Positions 9,959 to 19,857 of a stretch of 64,000 nt of DNA are shown piece by piece. The stretch is from a virus (taxonomy: Duplodnaviria > Caudoviricetes): IMG/VR virus record IMGVR_UViG_3300032272_000006, positions 19,754 to 83,753 of that record; one strand, 5' to 3'. Each line of letters begins with the position of its first letter. Within the stretch, counting starts at the first letter, position 1. Made by a program: the position numbers and the translations under genes. The notes under the pieces are model-generated. The model made no database searches, had not been told where the DNA came from, and was given only the letters and a program-made list of their open reading frames with translations.

Positions 9959-12900
9959 ATGGCATCCCTTCTAATATCTGCAGCAATCAACATCGCCGTT
10001 GGGTTGCTCTTATCGTTTCTTTTTGCCCCTGAAGGGCAGGACGTTACTCAAGAGGGGCCGAAGCTAGAAGACCTCAATGTAACGTCTTCGGCCTACGGTA
10101 AGAATATCAATCTCGCCTTCGGGACGGTGCGTTTAAACGGAAACATCATCTGGTCGGACGGCATTGAAGAGGTGGTGACGAGCACGACGCAGGAACAAGG
10201 TGGTAAAGGCGGCGGTGGCGGCTCAGTTACGCAGACGACTTACTCTTACTTCGCGACGTTCGCACTCGCACTTGCCGAAGGTCAGGCCGACAAGCTTCTC
10301 CGAATCTGGGCCGATAATAAACTGATCTACGACGTGACCGGCACCTCGAGCGCTGCGTCTAAATTTGCGGTCAAGTTCTACGACGGTCGCGACGACCAAG
10401 CCATTGACCCGATAATCGCTGCCCATATTGATGGGCTCTACGGGGCAGGTTCAACACCTGCTTATAATGGAATCTGCTACCTACTTGCCGACCGCTGGTC
10501 GCTGGCTGACTTCGGCAATCGAATTCCAAACATCACAGCCGAGATCACATTTGAAGGTCAGGACACGCTACCATACCAAGGCCTAGTTGAATTGTCGGGC
10601 CAGGATGTTCCAGGTTCCGCCGCGGGTGGGTCGGCTGGCTACGGGATGATGCTCGACCCAGACACAAATTTCCTTTACTTCGTCAAGAATAATAACAGCA
10701 CGTCGGCGGGTGTTGCTGACGCCTTTTCCATGACTACGCTAAATTTGGTGCCGGGAGTATCATCGCTCGGCGATACCTCCATCACTGTTAACTTTAAAGA
10801 CGGTATTATCTACGGTCAGTCAGGCTCCGGTAATTTTGAAGCGCTCACTGCCAAGAACGTTTTCTCAGACACCGATCTCGGAACGAGTTCTTTCTCTTTT
10901 GGGAACGGTATATGGCCTGCGGTGATCAACGCCGAGTTCCCAGGAACGCCTGTCCCGTCAGCCACCTGGCTTATTGTATCGCGTAAGTCGATCCTTGACG
11001 ACGGAGCATTCTCGTGGATTCGCATGGACGGTCCAGGCACGTTCACGCTTGTAGGCTCTGACACGACGCCCGACGGTCGCGGCCTCAACGGAGGACCTGC
11101 GATTGCTAATTGGTTCACCCAAGAAGCCTACGTCATTATGGAGAACAACACCAACGTTGAGATATACCGCTTCCGCGTTGTCCCGGAATTTGGTCTAACT
11201 GGAATCACAACAGGGATAGAACAGACGAAAGTAGTAGACGCGACAAAGGCAAGCCTTGGCTTTGCCGCTGCCGCAATTGAAGGTTGGATTCTGCTTCCTA
11301 ACGAGAACGCAATCATCCTCGGGACGGGCCTCCCGCAGTCGGGTTCTATGGTCAAGTTCGACCTCGACGATTGGAGCGTAATAACCTCGACGCAGGCGAA
11401 CGGTACCGCAGCAGCCAACAACTTCGCGACGAATGGGTATTGGGGTACTTGCCGAAATACATCGACCACAAGTGGCGGGCAGTACTATATCTTCGATACC
11501 GACACGCTGGAAATTATCAGGACTTACGAGGCGAGCATAGCTTTCCCGGGCGAGACGGAGTCAGCTCAGCGATCTTGCGTATGGGATCCGCGTTTCGACG
11601 CGATCACATTTAGTCGAGTCTATGCTAGCAGCCCTTCAAAACCTAATCGCGTCGTCCGCGTCTTCCTCGGTCGCGCGTCGGGTGCTGGTGTTCCATTGGA
11701 AAACGTTGTTACCAGTATTGCGGACAAGGCTGGCTTGGTCGCTGCAGACATCGACGTTACCGACCTGATTGGTGACACGGTTCGAGGCTACGTTGTGTCT
11801 CGCAACGGCTCCTACCGGTCAGCTCTTGAACCTCTCCAGAAAGCATATCTATTCGACGGGGTTGAGTCGGATTGGAAGATCAAGTTCGTTAAACGAGGAG
11901 GCGCAGCCGCCCTTACGATTGCGGAAGACGACATTGGTCGACTAGGTAATGAGGAACGAATTGAAGAAAAACGAATCCAGGAAGTAGAGCTTCCGGAACG
12001 AGTTATTATTGGCTACTCAGACGCTGACCGCGACTATGAACCCGCCACCGCGATGGACAAGCGCGTTGCCAATCCCAACCCGACGCAGTTCAGCCGATCC
12101 GAGTTGAAGATTGACTTCCCGCTCGTGTTCACACCCACCGAAGCGAAGAAACTCGCGTCGTCGGCACTGTTCACGACATGGGGCGAGCGTCTCACGCTTG
12201 ACTCGTCCTTGCCGTGGCGATATCTTCGTCTCGATCCCACCGACATTGCCGACATGGTATTCCGCGGAGAGACGAGGCAGATCCGCATGGGTGAGATAGA
12301 GGTGGGCGCTGACCTATCTCTCGACTTCACCGCAGTACAGGAGGACGTCTCGACGTATGTCTCGACGGTAGTCGGGGCTGCTGGGGAAGGTTTCGTGCCG
12401 CAGGTGCCGTTTGGAGGCTTGCCGTCGAAATGGATCCCGATGAACCTGCCACTGCTGCTCGCATCTGAGGCAACGATTGGCACCGCCAATCGCGTCTACT
12501 ATGCAGCTTCCGGCTATGAAGATAGCTGGCCGGGTGTCTCCATTTACCAATCAATCGACCTAGGCAACACCTATCAGCAGGCAGCAGCTTTCACCGTCGA
12601 GGCGGCGTGGGGCGTTATTTCAACAGCCCCTCCGGATGTCTGGTCGGCGAATGGAACTGCTTGGGAACGGCTAAGTGGCGGGGCTGGTGCTTACACTTGG
12701 GACGATGTTAACACCATCGACGTTAAGCCCTTGAATGAAGGCGCTCGGTTCGCCACGTCGACCGACACCGAGGTGCTAAACGGCGCGAATGCTGCCGCGA
12801 TCATCAAGTCAGACGGAACGGTCGAGATCATCCAGTTTGTGACCGTCACGACGGTTGATGCCGGGACAATCCGGTTGTCCCGCCTACTGCGTGGGCGTCG

Positions 12901-13996
12901 AGGCACTGAGGACTACGCGCGTGGGCACGTCGCCGGGTCAACTATCGTCTTACTTGAATCCGGACGCATCGGTTCTTGGCGCAATCCTTTGACCCGAATT
13001 AACATATCCGACCTATACAAGCCGGTGACAGGAGCAACGCTTCTTGAGAACACGAGTCAGTCAACCTTCATCGCTAACGGCGAGGATCTTCGACCTTACT
13101 CGGTTGTGAATATCGACTCGAGCCGCGCAGGTGGTGACTTGACAGTGACGTGGGAACGGCGGACAAGGTTCAACGGCGAGTTGCTCGACGGTACGGGCAC
13201 GGCACCTCTCAACGAAGAGGAAGAGCTATACGACATTGACTACTTCCTGCCAGGTGAGACGACGCCCTTCTTAAGTCGCACCGACTTGACCTCGAAGACG
13301 GACACGTTGACCGCGGCCGAGTTCACGGCTCTCGTTCCGGTAGGCACCGACCAGCTCTTTTTCCCTAACTGGAACTTTGAGCGGCAGGTCACCAACGGCA
13401 CCTTCCCAGATGGGTTCGACACGGTTGCGGCGAATGATGGCAACTGGCGCGTCGAGTCGGGTGCTGTTGGGTCTATCGCAGGCCCGCCTGGAGGCGGTGG
13501 CTCGAACTATGCCGTGCTCACGACCGACAACACAAGCAGCGACTTTGCGAGGTTCGACTCTGAAAGGAAGTTGTCTTTCATCGACGATTTCTTCCAGACG
13601 GAAACTTTCATGGACGCCGCGCCGACAATTGATCTTGACGTATGGACGAGCAATCCTACCGTGTCTGATCACGGGACGCAGGTCGACTTGCGAATCTATG
13701 ACAAAGACGATACACTCATCCAGACAATTTCGTCAGGTCGTATCATAGGGACGCCTGGAACCTGGATCAACACGATAATTGCTTCGACGGCGGTCGTCTC
13801 AGGTGCTCGGACATTCGATATTCGAGTAACTGGTGACAACAACAGCGGCTTTTCTTTCGATGACTGCACAGGCGCGGTGGATCAGATCTTGATCAATTTA
13901 AATGGTATCGGAGTGGTCATTCCCGCAATCGAAGCGAAAATCTACCAGAAAAGCGCTCAGGTTTCGCAGGGCAAAGCCACAAGGCAAAGGGTTTAA
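9959..13996 (+). CDS. Tail tip / central fibre (GTA g15-like, host-specificity) protein
   Basis: SSAYGKNINLAFGTVRLNGNIIW; DFGNRIPNITAE; LSRLLRGRRGTE; WERRTR motifs. Confidence 0.9.
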   Translation: MASLLISAAINIAVGLLLSFLFAPEGQDVTQEGPKLEDLNVTSSAYGKNINLAFGTVRLNGNIIWSDGIEEVVTSTTQEQGGKGGGGGSVTQTTYSYFATFALALAEGQADKLLRIWADNKLIYDVTGTSSAASKFAVKFYDGRDDQAIDPIIAAHIDGLYGAGSTPAYNGICYLLADRWSLADFGNRIPNITAEITFEGQDTLPYQGLVELSGQDVPGSAAGGSAGYGMMLDPDTNFLYFVKNNNSTSAGVADAFSMTTLNLVPGVSSLGDTSITVNFKDGIIYGQSGSGNFEALTAKNVFSDTDLGTSSFSFGNGIWPAVINAEFPGTPVPSATWLIVSRKSILDDGAFSWIRMDGPGTFTLVGSDTTPDGRGLNGGPAIANWFTQEAYVIMENNTNVEIYRFRVVPEFGLTGITTGIEQTKVVDATKASLGFAAAAIEGWILLPNENAIILGTGLPQSGSMVKFDLDDWSVITSTQANGTAAANNFATNGYWGTCRNTSTTSGGQYYIFDTDTLEIIRTYEASIAFPGETESAQRSCVWDPRFDAITFSRVYASSPSKPNRVVRVFLGRASGAGVPLENVVTSIADKAGLVAADIDVTDLIGDTVRGYVVSRNGSYRSALEPLQKAYLFDGVESDWKIKFVKRGGAAALTIAEDDIGRLGNEERIEEKRIQEVELPERVIIGYSDADRDYEPATAMDKRVANPNPTQFSRSELKIDFPLVFTPTEAKKLASSALFTTWGERLTLDSSLPWRYLRLDPTDIADMVFRGETRQIRMGEIEVGADLSLDFTAVQEDVSTYVSTVVGAAGEGFVPQVPFGGLPSKWIPMNLPLLLASEATIGTANRVYYAASGYEDSWPGVSIYQSIDLGNTYQQAAAFTVEAAWGVISTAPPDVWSANGTAWERLSGGAGAYTWDDVNTIDVKPLNEGARFATSTDTEVLNGANAAAIIKSDGTVEIIQFVTVTTVDAGTIRLSRLLRGRRGTEDYARGHVAGSTIVLLESGRIGSWRNPLTRINISDLYKPVTGATLLENTSQSTFIANGEDLRPYSVVNIDSSRAGGDLTVTWERRTRFNGELLDGTGTAPLNEEEELYDIDYFLPGETTPFLSRTDLTSKTDTLTAAEFTALVPVGTDQLFFPNWNFERQVTNGTFPDGFDTVAANDGNWRVESGAVGSIAGPPGGGGSNYAVLTTDNTSSDFARFDSERKLSFIDDFFQTETFMDAAPTIDLDVWTSNPTVSDHGTQVDLRIYDKDDTLIQTISSGRIIGTPGTWINTIIASTAVVSGARTFDIRVTGDNNSGFSFDDCTGAVDQILINLNGIGVVIPAIEAKIYQKSAQVSQGKATRQRV

Positions 13997-13999
13997 ACG

Positions 14000-16888
14000 A
14001 TGGCAACTCCTAATTTTAATTGGACGGAAGTCAGCGCCTCTCAGAATCAGAAAGAGGTGACGATCAACGACGTCTTCAACAAGATCGAAGACGCGATTTC
14101 CGCGAGCTTTACTGCCGCTATCACGGTGTCCAATACTTTCACGCTTACGAGCGCAGAATTCCGAGAGGCCTTCTTCATCACTTGCACCGACGGTGGCTTG
14201 ACTGCTGCCTCGACTGTCTTTGTTCCCGCAATAGCTCACGGCGCCTTCGCCGTGGTTAACAATTCCGGTCAGACTGTCACCGTGTCTATCTCGGGCCAGT
14301 CAGAACCCGCTGTGTCGGTCAACGATGGCGAGATGAAGATCATGACCAGCGGCGGATCGAACGTGCGCGTTCCTGTCGCGGGCGTTGCAACGTTCTTGGG
14401 TTTAACAGATTCGCCTTCTTCGTTCGCGGGTAGTGCGGGCCTTGCGGCCGTCGTCAACGTAGGCGAGACGGCGCTCGAGTTTGCAGCCGTCGCAGGTGGG
14501 GGCTCCTCGACGGCAGGTGCCGTCGCAGTGCATCCTGAGCACAAAGGCGCCCAGCTAAAGCTGTCGGGCAACTTGACCGTGACGACGAACACGCTAACGA
14601 CTGTTCCGTGGGGAGCAACGCAGTACGATACCGAATTCCAGCCTGACACAGGCTTTGCTCAGCGATTCTGGCTAGGTGCGGATCAAACCTTCGTTGACGG
14701 TGACGTGACTACCGGTACCGACGAGGTAGCGGTGGCCGCCCACGGCTTCTCAACTGGTGAAGGCCCGTTCGAACTTACGTCCTCAGGAACCTTGCCTGCC
14801 GGTCTCGCACTCGCGACTGAATACTGGGTAATCTCCGTCAGTGCAGGCGTGCTCAAATTTGCCACAAGTCGCGCGAACGCGATTGCTGGCACAGCGGTTG
14901 ACATTACAGCCGCGGCCGGTGGCGGCACCCATACAATCGAGACAGCAACCCGCCTCGTCGTTCCGAATGGCGTCACCAAGGTGCGCCTCGTCGCGCAGGC
15001 ATCGTGGGAAGATATTACCGGTACGAACTCGGGAACTCGTTTCCTGAACATCAACAAGAACGGCGCGTCCTTCCAAGGTGGTGGTGCCGAAGAATTCAAC
15101 GCGGCTGAAAGCGGTGGATCAGATGACAAATCTCGCCAGGTTGTGGCTTCAGGAGTCGTCGAGGTTGTTGAAGGCGACTACTTCGAGATGGAGGTCAGAC
15201 ATCGCCAAGGCGTTGACCTCGACTTGACAGTTGCGAACTCGACCAACTTCTTCATTGAGGTAGTCGAGACGACGAAGTCGACACAATTGCCGACCGCTTT
15301 CATCTCGGTGCAGCCTGCGCACAAAGGAGCGTTGGTCAGTGAGAACGCGGCACAAGCATTTACGGGTGCCGTACTCAACCCACTGGAATTTGATACGGCA
15401 CAATACGACACCGGTTTCCAGCCAGATGATGCTGGTGGAACGCAGCGGTTCTGGCTCGGTGTAGACGCTACTTTCGTCGATGGGGACGTCTCAACGGGTG
15501 CGGACACTGTCACTGAAACTGCGCACGGCTTCACGACTGGCGAAGGACCTGTCCGACTCACAAATTCCGGCGGTGCCTTACCCACGGGCCTTGCTACGGC
15601 AACCGATTACTGGGTCATTGCGGTTGATGCAGACACGATCTCTTTCGCAACGTCGAGGGCGCTAGCTCTAGCTGGGACGGCGGTAGACATCACGGCGGCT
15701 GCTGGTGGCGGTACTCACACCATCGAGACAGAGACGTGGCTTGTCATACCAGCGGGCGTCACCAAGGTTCGGATGCAAGGCAACGTCCAGCTGCAGAATA
15801 TGACTGGTGCCTCCGCAAATATTCAATTCAACAAGAATGGTACCACCGCCCCTGGGCTGGGCGTTGCCGATCATAACGACACAGCCGGAACTGACTTGTT
15901 CAATATTAGTTCGGGGACGATTGAGGTCAGCGAAGGTGACCGCTTTGAACTGTCTGTTTTCCCCGACGCTGCTGAGACCTTGAACGCGAACGCGAACTTC
16001 AACTGGATGGCAATTGAAGTCGTCGAGACGTCGAAGGCCCAAACCTTCCCAGGCGTCACGGTCGAGCGTCCGTTCATTGGGGCATTGCTCGCGCTCTCGG
16101 CAAATCAGACGAACCTCGCCGCTACAGCTTTCCCAGGTACCGTGCTTTCGTGGGGAGCCGAGACATACGACACAGGGTACCGAGGAACAGAATTCCATAG
16201 CACCTCGGTCAATCCCAGCCGGATCACGATCCCGGCAGGTGTAACTCGTGTCCGACTGTCGACCAACGTTATGTGGGCAGCGCCAACAGGCGCGCGGGAC
16301 AAGTACATTGGAATCTTCAAGAACGGAGCAGAATTCCCGGGTTCTGGTCAAGACCTGATCATCCACGCCAACGGAATCAATCGTCAGCGCCAAGGTACCA
16401 TTACGTCAGTGGTCGACGTTGTTGACGGTGACTACTTCGAAGTGTTTGGCTGGTCGGATTCTACTTCCAACGATGATATTGACGTAGACGACGAGACCTG
16501 GTTCGCCCTTGAAGTCGTCGAGACCGAAGAGGCCGCGCAGCCGCCTCTCGACCTTTCGTTCTACGTCGGCGGTACACCAGGCGCGGGTGTCAAGATCGGC
16601 AAGCATACGGCAACGCGACGCTTCACGCTTAACGACGATCTCGCTTCGAGCCAGGCGCATGCTGACACAGCGGGCACAGTTGGTGCAGCCGTCTTCGACG
16701 TGCAGCGAAATGGGGTCTCCATTGGCTCGATCACGTTCGCGGTCGCATCGACCACCGCAACGTTCACGACCTCAGGAGCCTCGGAGGAGGTCTTCGCAAT
16801 CGGCGACCGGCTGACCGTCGTCGCACCAAACCCGGCGAATGCTACTCTTGCAGACGTCGCTATTACCTTATTCGGATATAGGAGCTAA
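14000..16888 (+). CDS. Tail fibre / adhesin with tandem jelly-roll (C1q-like) repeats
   Basis: DUF2793-like N-terminus (SQNQKEVTIN); three internal repeats; DVQRNGVSIGSITF C-terminal domain. Confidence 0.8.
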   Translation: MATPNFNWTEVSASQNQKEVTINDVFNKIEDAISASFTAAITVSNTFTLTSAEFREAFFITCTDGGLTAASTVFVPAIAHGAFAVVNNSGQTVTVSISGQSEPAVSVNDGEMKIMTSGGSNVRVPVAGVATFLGLTDSPSSFAGSAGLAAVVNVGETALEFAAVAGGGSSTAGAVAVHPEHKGAQLKLSGNLTVTTNTLTTVPWGATQYDTEFQPDTGFAQRFWLGADQTFVDGDVTTGTDEVAVAAHGFSTGEGPFELTSSGTLPAGLALATEYWVISVSAGVLKFATSRANAIAGTAVDITAAAGGGTHTIETATRLVVPNGVTKVRLVAQASWEDITGTNSGTRFLNINKNGASFQGGGAEEFNAAESGGSDDKSRQVVASGVVEVVEGDYFEMEVRHRQGVDLDLTVANSTNFFIEVVETTKSTQLPTAFISVQPAHKGALVSENAAQAFTGAVLNPLEFDTAQYDTGFQPDDAGGTQRFWLGVDATFVDGDVSTGADTVTETAHGFTTGEGPVRLTNSGGALPTGLATATDYWVIAVDADTISFATSRALALAGTAVDITAAAGGGTHTIETETWLVIPAGVTKVRMQGNVQLQNMTGASANIQFNKNGTTAPGLGVADHNDTAGTDLFNISSGTIEVSEGDRFELSVFPDAAETLNANANFNWMAIEVVETSKAQTFPGVTVERPFIGALLALSANQTNLAATAFPGTVLSWGAETYDTGYRGTEFHSTSVNPSRITIPAGVTRVRLSTNVMWAAPTGARDKYIGIFKNGAEFPGSGQDLIIHANGINRQRQGTITSVVDVVDGDYFEVFGWSDSTSNDDIDVDDETWFALEVVETEEAAQPPLDLSFYVGGTPGAGVKIGKHTATRRFTLNDDLASSQAHADTAGTVGAAVFDVQRNGVSIGSITFAVASTTATFTTSGASEEVFAIGDRLTVVAPNPANATLADVAITLFGYRS
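14525..16060 (+). repeat. Diverged tandem duplication of about 250 codons inside the fibre gene
   Basis: HKGA...QRFWLG...FVDGDV...AHGF.TGEGP...AGTAVDITAAAGGGTHTIET...GVTKVR occurs twice, with synonymous divergence. Confidence 0.85.
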
Positions 16889-16891
16889 GAC

Positions 16892-17305
16892 ATGACCTGG
16901 CGCACACTCGTTACTTCTGACACACTGGCCCTGACCGGTGCCCTGCAGACAGTGCAGGAGTCGGCGGCTGATATGGAGCTCGAACTTGCCTCGTTCGAGG
17001 AGGCGCATGTCCAGTTCGAGTTCAACCCGCAGACGACACCGACCGAGGTGTGCGAGATCATCGTGCAAGGCGCGACCGAAGACATTTCCGGGACACCGAA
17101 CTGGGACACGGACAACGAGCCATTTATGCGGATCCTCGTCGGCAACACGGTTGATCCATCCTTGCGGTCGGTTGTCCTGCGCGGCCTTCGTGCCATTCGA
17201 TTCCGTGCGCAGCTACTCGACTCTGATGGCACGGCCGGCGGTGATGATACGGGCGACTTGATCATCCGCATCCGTCGCAACAACGTTGACGCGGCGCAGT
17301 CCTAA
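16892..17305 (+). CDS. Hypothetical virion protein
   Basis: Beta-rich 137 aa ORF with RBS inside the structural operon. Confidence 0.55.
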   Translation: MTWRTLVTSDTLALTGALQTVQESAADMELELASFEEAHVQFEFNPQTTPTEVCEIIVQGATEDISGTPNWDTDNEPFMRILVGNTVDPSLRSVVLRGLRAIRFRAQLLDSDGTAGGDDTGDLIIRIRRNNVDAAQS

Positions 17306-18237
17306 TGCCTTTCACTATGTCCCCACCCGCGGCCCAATTGATCGTCCCGCGAGATAAGACGCTCGTGACAGGACCCGACCTTTGGTCGGGCGTCAGGTCG
17401 GGCTGCTGGACTTTCGACGGAGGCGGGGACCGCGAGTTTGTGCCGGACATTGCTAGAGGCGGTTCCTACGGTTTAATGCCGCAAGCACTGGCGACAAAAT
17501 TAACTGGGAAATTAGGTCCTGGTTTGAACGTGGGAAGCACTACAGGCACAGGAGACATCTGGGAGTATGGTCTCCGGTCACTCTCGGGTGGAGCATTTTA
17601 CGACTCGACAAACTTCCTCCGGCCTACGGCAAGTATCATCGACGCGCAAGGGTTCTACATTGAGGTCCTTGCAGAGCTGTTCTCGGCGCCGGTCGCTCAA
17701 TCAGGAATATGGACGAACGCGAGGAAGACTGCCAGCTCCTACGAAGGCATCGACCTTAGCGTTGACCCTACAACCAATAGGCCTTTTATGAACTTCGGGG
17801 ATAGTGACTCGACGAGTAGCACGAACCGCCGGAGCTGCTCGTGCAATGAAGCCATGCCTGTCGGGGAACCCTGCTTAATTCAGTTTGCTACGGACGACAA
17901 TTTCACGCAGACGAATTGGCACATGGGCGTCAATGGAGTATACGGAGAGTCATTCAGCGGTACAGCGTCCGACGTGCCAGAATACGACACCGTCTTCTCA
18001 ACCACTATGCACATTATGGTGGGCGGTCAGAACCGCCCTTTTGTCACCAACAACTTCCCGGGTGTAATCTACGGCTTCAACGTAATCTACCGCGACTTCA
18101 GCCCAGCGCAAATGCTCGAGCGGTATCGTCGTTTCTGGGAAATGTTCACGCCCGCACGGACGCGCGAACTGGCGCCAAGCGGATTCCTCAACTTGCGCAA
18201 CACCGGCCCCGCACCTCAGGCGCAGAGCCTATCCTGA
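17305..18237 (+). CDS. LamG/concanavalin-like virion protein
   Basis: CWTFDGGG start, beta-sandwich pattern, MGVNGVYG and FPGVIYGFNVIYRDFSPAQM end. Confidence 0.6.
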   Translation: MPFTMSPPAAQLIVPRDKTLVTGPDLWSGVRSGCWTFDGGGDREFVPDIARGGSYGLMPQALATKLTGKLGPGLNVGSTTGTGDIWEYGLRSLSGGAFYDSTNFLRPTASIIDAQGFYIEVLAELFSAPVAQSGIWTNARKTASSYEGIDLSVDPTTNRPFMNFGDSDSTSSTNRRSCSCNEAMPVGEPCLIQFATDDNFTQTNWHMGVNGVYGESFSGTASDVPEYDTVFSTTMHIMVGGQNRPFVTNNFPGVIYGFNVIYRDFSPAQMLERYRRFWEMFTPARTRELAPSGFLNLRNTGPAPQAQSLS

Positions 18238-18315
18238 TTACTCGGTTGTAGGTAGACCCTTCGCCACCGATAATTCGACACCCTTACTAGAATTCTTTCG
18301 CGAAAGGAGAAAATC

Positions 18316-18531
18316 ATGCTCAAGGGTTATCGCACGATCATCTTCAACCTGGTTATGCCAGGCCTGATGATCCTCAGCACGACTGGCGTTATCGGAGCGG
18401 GTGAAGCCCCGACCGCCGACGAGGTCAACGTGTTCCTCGACAATCTGGACGGCGTCCTTACCGCCGTGTGGGGTATCGGAAACCTCATCCTCCGGAAAGT
18501 CACAACCGGTCCCGTTGGTACGTCCCGATGA
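18316..18531 (+). CDS. Holin-like small membrane protein
   Basis: MLKGYRTIIFN N-terminus, two hydrophobic segments, LRKVTTGPV C-terminus. Confidence 0.65.
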   Translation: MLKGYRTIIFNLVMPGLMILSTTGVIGAGEAPTADEVNVFLDNLDGVLTAVWGIGNLILRKVTTGPVGTSR

Positions 18532-18899
18532 AGGGCCTTATTGCAGCGGTCATGATGGTCTTCGCGCTTGCCGCGTGTACCATCACCGAAGGTACGGTGC
18601 CCGTGACCGGCACCGAGCGCTACGTCCAAGCCGATGGCGCCTACAAGGCGTTGCTCGTCACCGTCAAGGACGGCGTGCAGCGTGGCACCATCCAAGGGCC
18701 CAATGCCGTCCGCGTCAAGCAAGCACTTTCCACGGCCCGAGTCGCGCTCGATGCGTGGGCCTTGAACACGGAAAGCAGCACAGCCGAAGACAAGGCCATC
18801 CTCGCCCTACAGGGCGCTCGCGAACTCCTGCGAGCACTCGCGCCGGTGCCGAAACCTGTCTCGTTGGGCACGGGACCGCCTTTCGCGGTCGCGGCTTAA
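18528..18899 (+). CDS. Lipoprotein (possible outer-membrane spanin component)
   Basis: Start moved to ATG 18528; signal MKGLIAAVMMVFALAAC with lipobox LAAC. Confidence 0.65.
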   Translation: MKGLIAAVMMVFALAACTITEGTVPVTGTERYVQADGAYKALLVTVKDGVQRGTIQGPNAVRVKQALSTARVALDAWALNTESSTAEDKAILALQGARELLRALAPVPKPVSLGTGPPFAVAA

Positions 18900-18919
18900 T
18901 TTAAACCCCAAACCCAAGG

Positions 18920-19135
18920 ATGATCATCATGGGAACAGCAACAGCGCTTGCGCTCGGCGACTTGCTTCTCTCGGCCGGGATCAACTACCTCCTTCAGAAG
19001 CAGAAGGTGGACGCCGTCATTGCGACGGCCCGGGCCGAAGGACGCGAGGTCACGCCCGAGGAGCTCGATGCTCTGAAGGTGGAACGCGACAAACTTGCCG
19101 ACGAAGTCAACGGCTTGCTGGATTCTGTGTCCTGA
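18920..19135 (+). CDS. Small membrane-anchored coiled-coil protein (possible inner spanin)
   Basis: Hydrophobic N-terminus and helical acidic C-terminus; last gene of the late operon. Confidence 0.45.
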   Translation: MIIMGTATALALGDLLLSAGINYLLQKQKVDAVIATARAEGREVTPEELDALKVERDKLADEVNGLLDSVS

Positions 19136-19167
19136 CGGTCACTTAATCCAAAGCAGTCAACAATAAC

Positions 19168-19207
19168 CGGGCGGAGCCTTGCAGAGATGCGGTTCCGCCC
19201 GCTTTGT
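19168..19207 (+). terminator. Terminator at end of structural/lysis operon, facing the XRE gene
   Basis: CGGGCGGAGCC/GGTTCCGCCCG stem followed by CTTTGT. Confidence 0.7.
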
Positions 19208-19232
19208 ATATGACGGTGGGCGAGCGTTACTA

Positions 19233-19424
19233 CTACCCTACGCTCTGCGCGTCTCTGTCGGTGGTTTCCGCGAGGTCCAGGAGCACTTCAACGTGATCCG
19301 GGATTGACTGCCGCTCGTTGCGCCAATTCGACACAGTTTGCTCGCTCTTGCGAACAAAGTCGGCAATCTTTTTATTTGTCCATCCGAGGCGCCGTTGGCG
19401 TTTGCGGAATTCTGTGGCGTCCAT
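19233..19424 (-). CDS. XRE/Cro-like helix-turn-helix regulator (63 aa)
   Basis: FRKRQRRLGWTNKKIADFVRKSEQTVSNWRNERQSIP is a classic XRE HTH; start set at ATG 19424. Confidence 0.85.
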   Translation of the reverse strand: MDATEFRKRQRRLGWTNKKIADFVRKSEQTVSNWRNERQSIPDHVEVLLDLAETTDRDAQSVG

Positions 19425-19484
19425 TTTTGTAATTCTTTCTCGGGCGTTTAAACGAGGTTTCATCATACACCTCGAAATAAGGTG

Positions 19485-19513
19485 TTGACAGAGAAATATA
19501 AGGCACTTATAAT
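19485..19513 (+). promoter_or_regulatory. Consensus sigma70 promoter
   Basis: TTGACA-17 bp-TATAAT, divergent from the XRE gene. Confidence 0.9.
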
Positions 19514-19544
19514 CCTCAACATCAACGAACAAAGGAGACGGATC

Positions 19545-19760
19545 ATGTCTACGGAATTCAAACGAGTCGAAGCGAAGACGGAAGCCGACAAGCCAGTGGG
19601 CATGACGCAGTTCTGCGGCCCCAAGGTTGGCGAAGGCGTCGACCGGAAGCGGATGCAGTTCACGGTCGGCGACCAGTGGGTCGATATGTCTCGGGCCCAG
19701 GTTGTCGCAATGGTGGCAGCAATGACTGAGTGGGTCGCCGGCGAACGGGAGGAGGAATAA
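19545..19760 (+). CDS. Small early hypothetical protein (cassette 1)
   Basis: AGGAG RBS in the conserved leader. Confidence 0.7.
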   Translation: MSTEFKRVEAKTEADKPVGMTQFCGPKVGEGVDRKRMQFTVGDQWVDMSRAQVVAMVAAMTEWVAGEREEE

Positions 19761-19762
19761 AA

Positions 19763-19794
19763 TAACGGGCGGCGCGTTTAAACGTCGCCCGTTA
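19763..19794 (+). terminator. Hairpin with GTTTAAAC in its loop
   Basis: TAACGGGCGGC/GTCGCCCGTTA stem. Confidence 0.6.
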
Positions 19795-19823
19795 ATTCCT
19801 TCTTAACGACTTTGTGCTACTAT
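19792..19823 (+). promoter_or_regulatory. CtrA-type box plus extended -10 promoter
   Basis: TTAA-TTCCTTC-TTAAC, then 11 bp to TACTAT (TGC-TACTAT). Confidence 0.75.
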
Positions 19824-19857
19824 AGCAACATCGAAACAACGAACACGGAGACAGATC

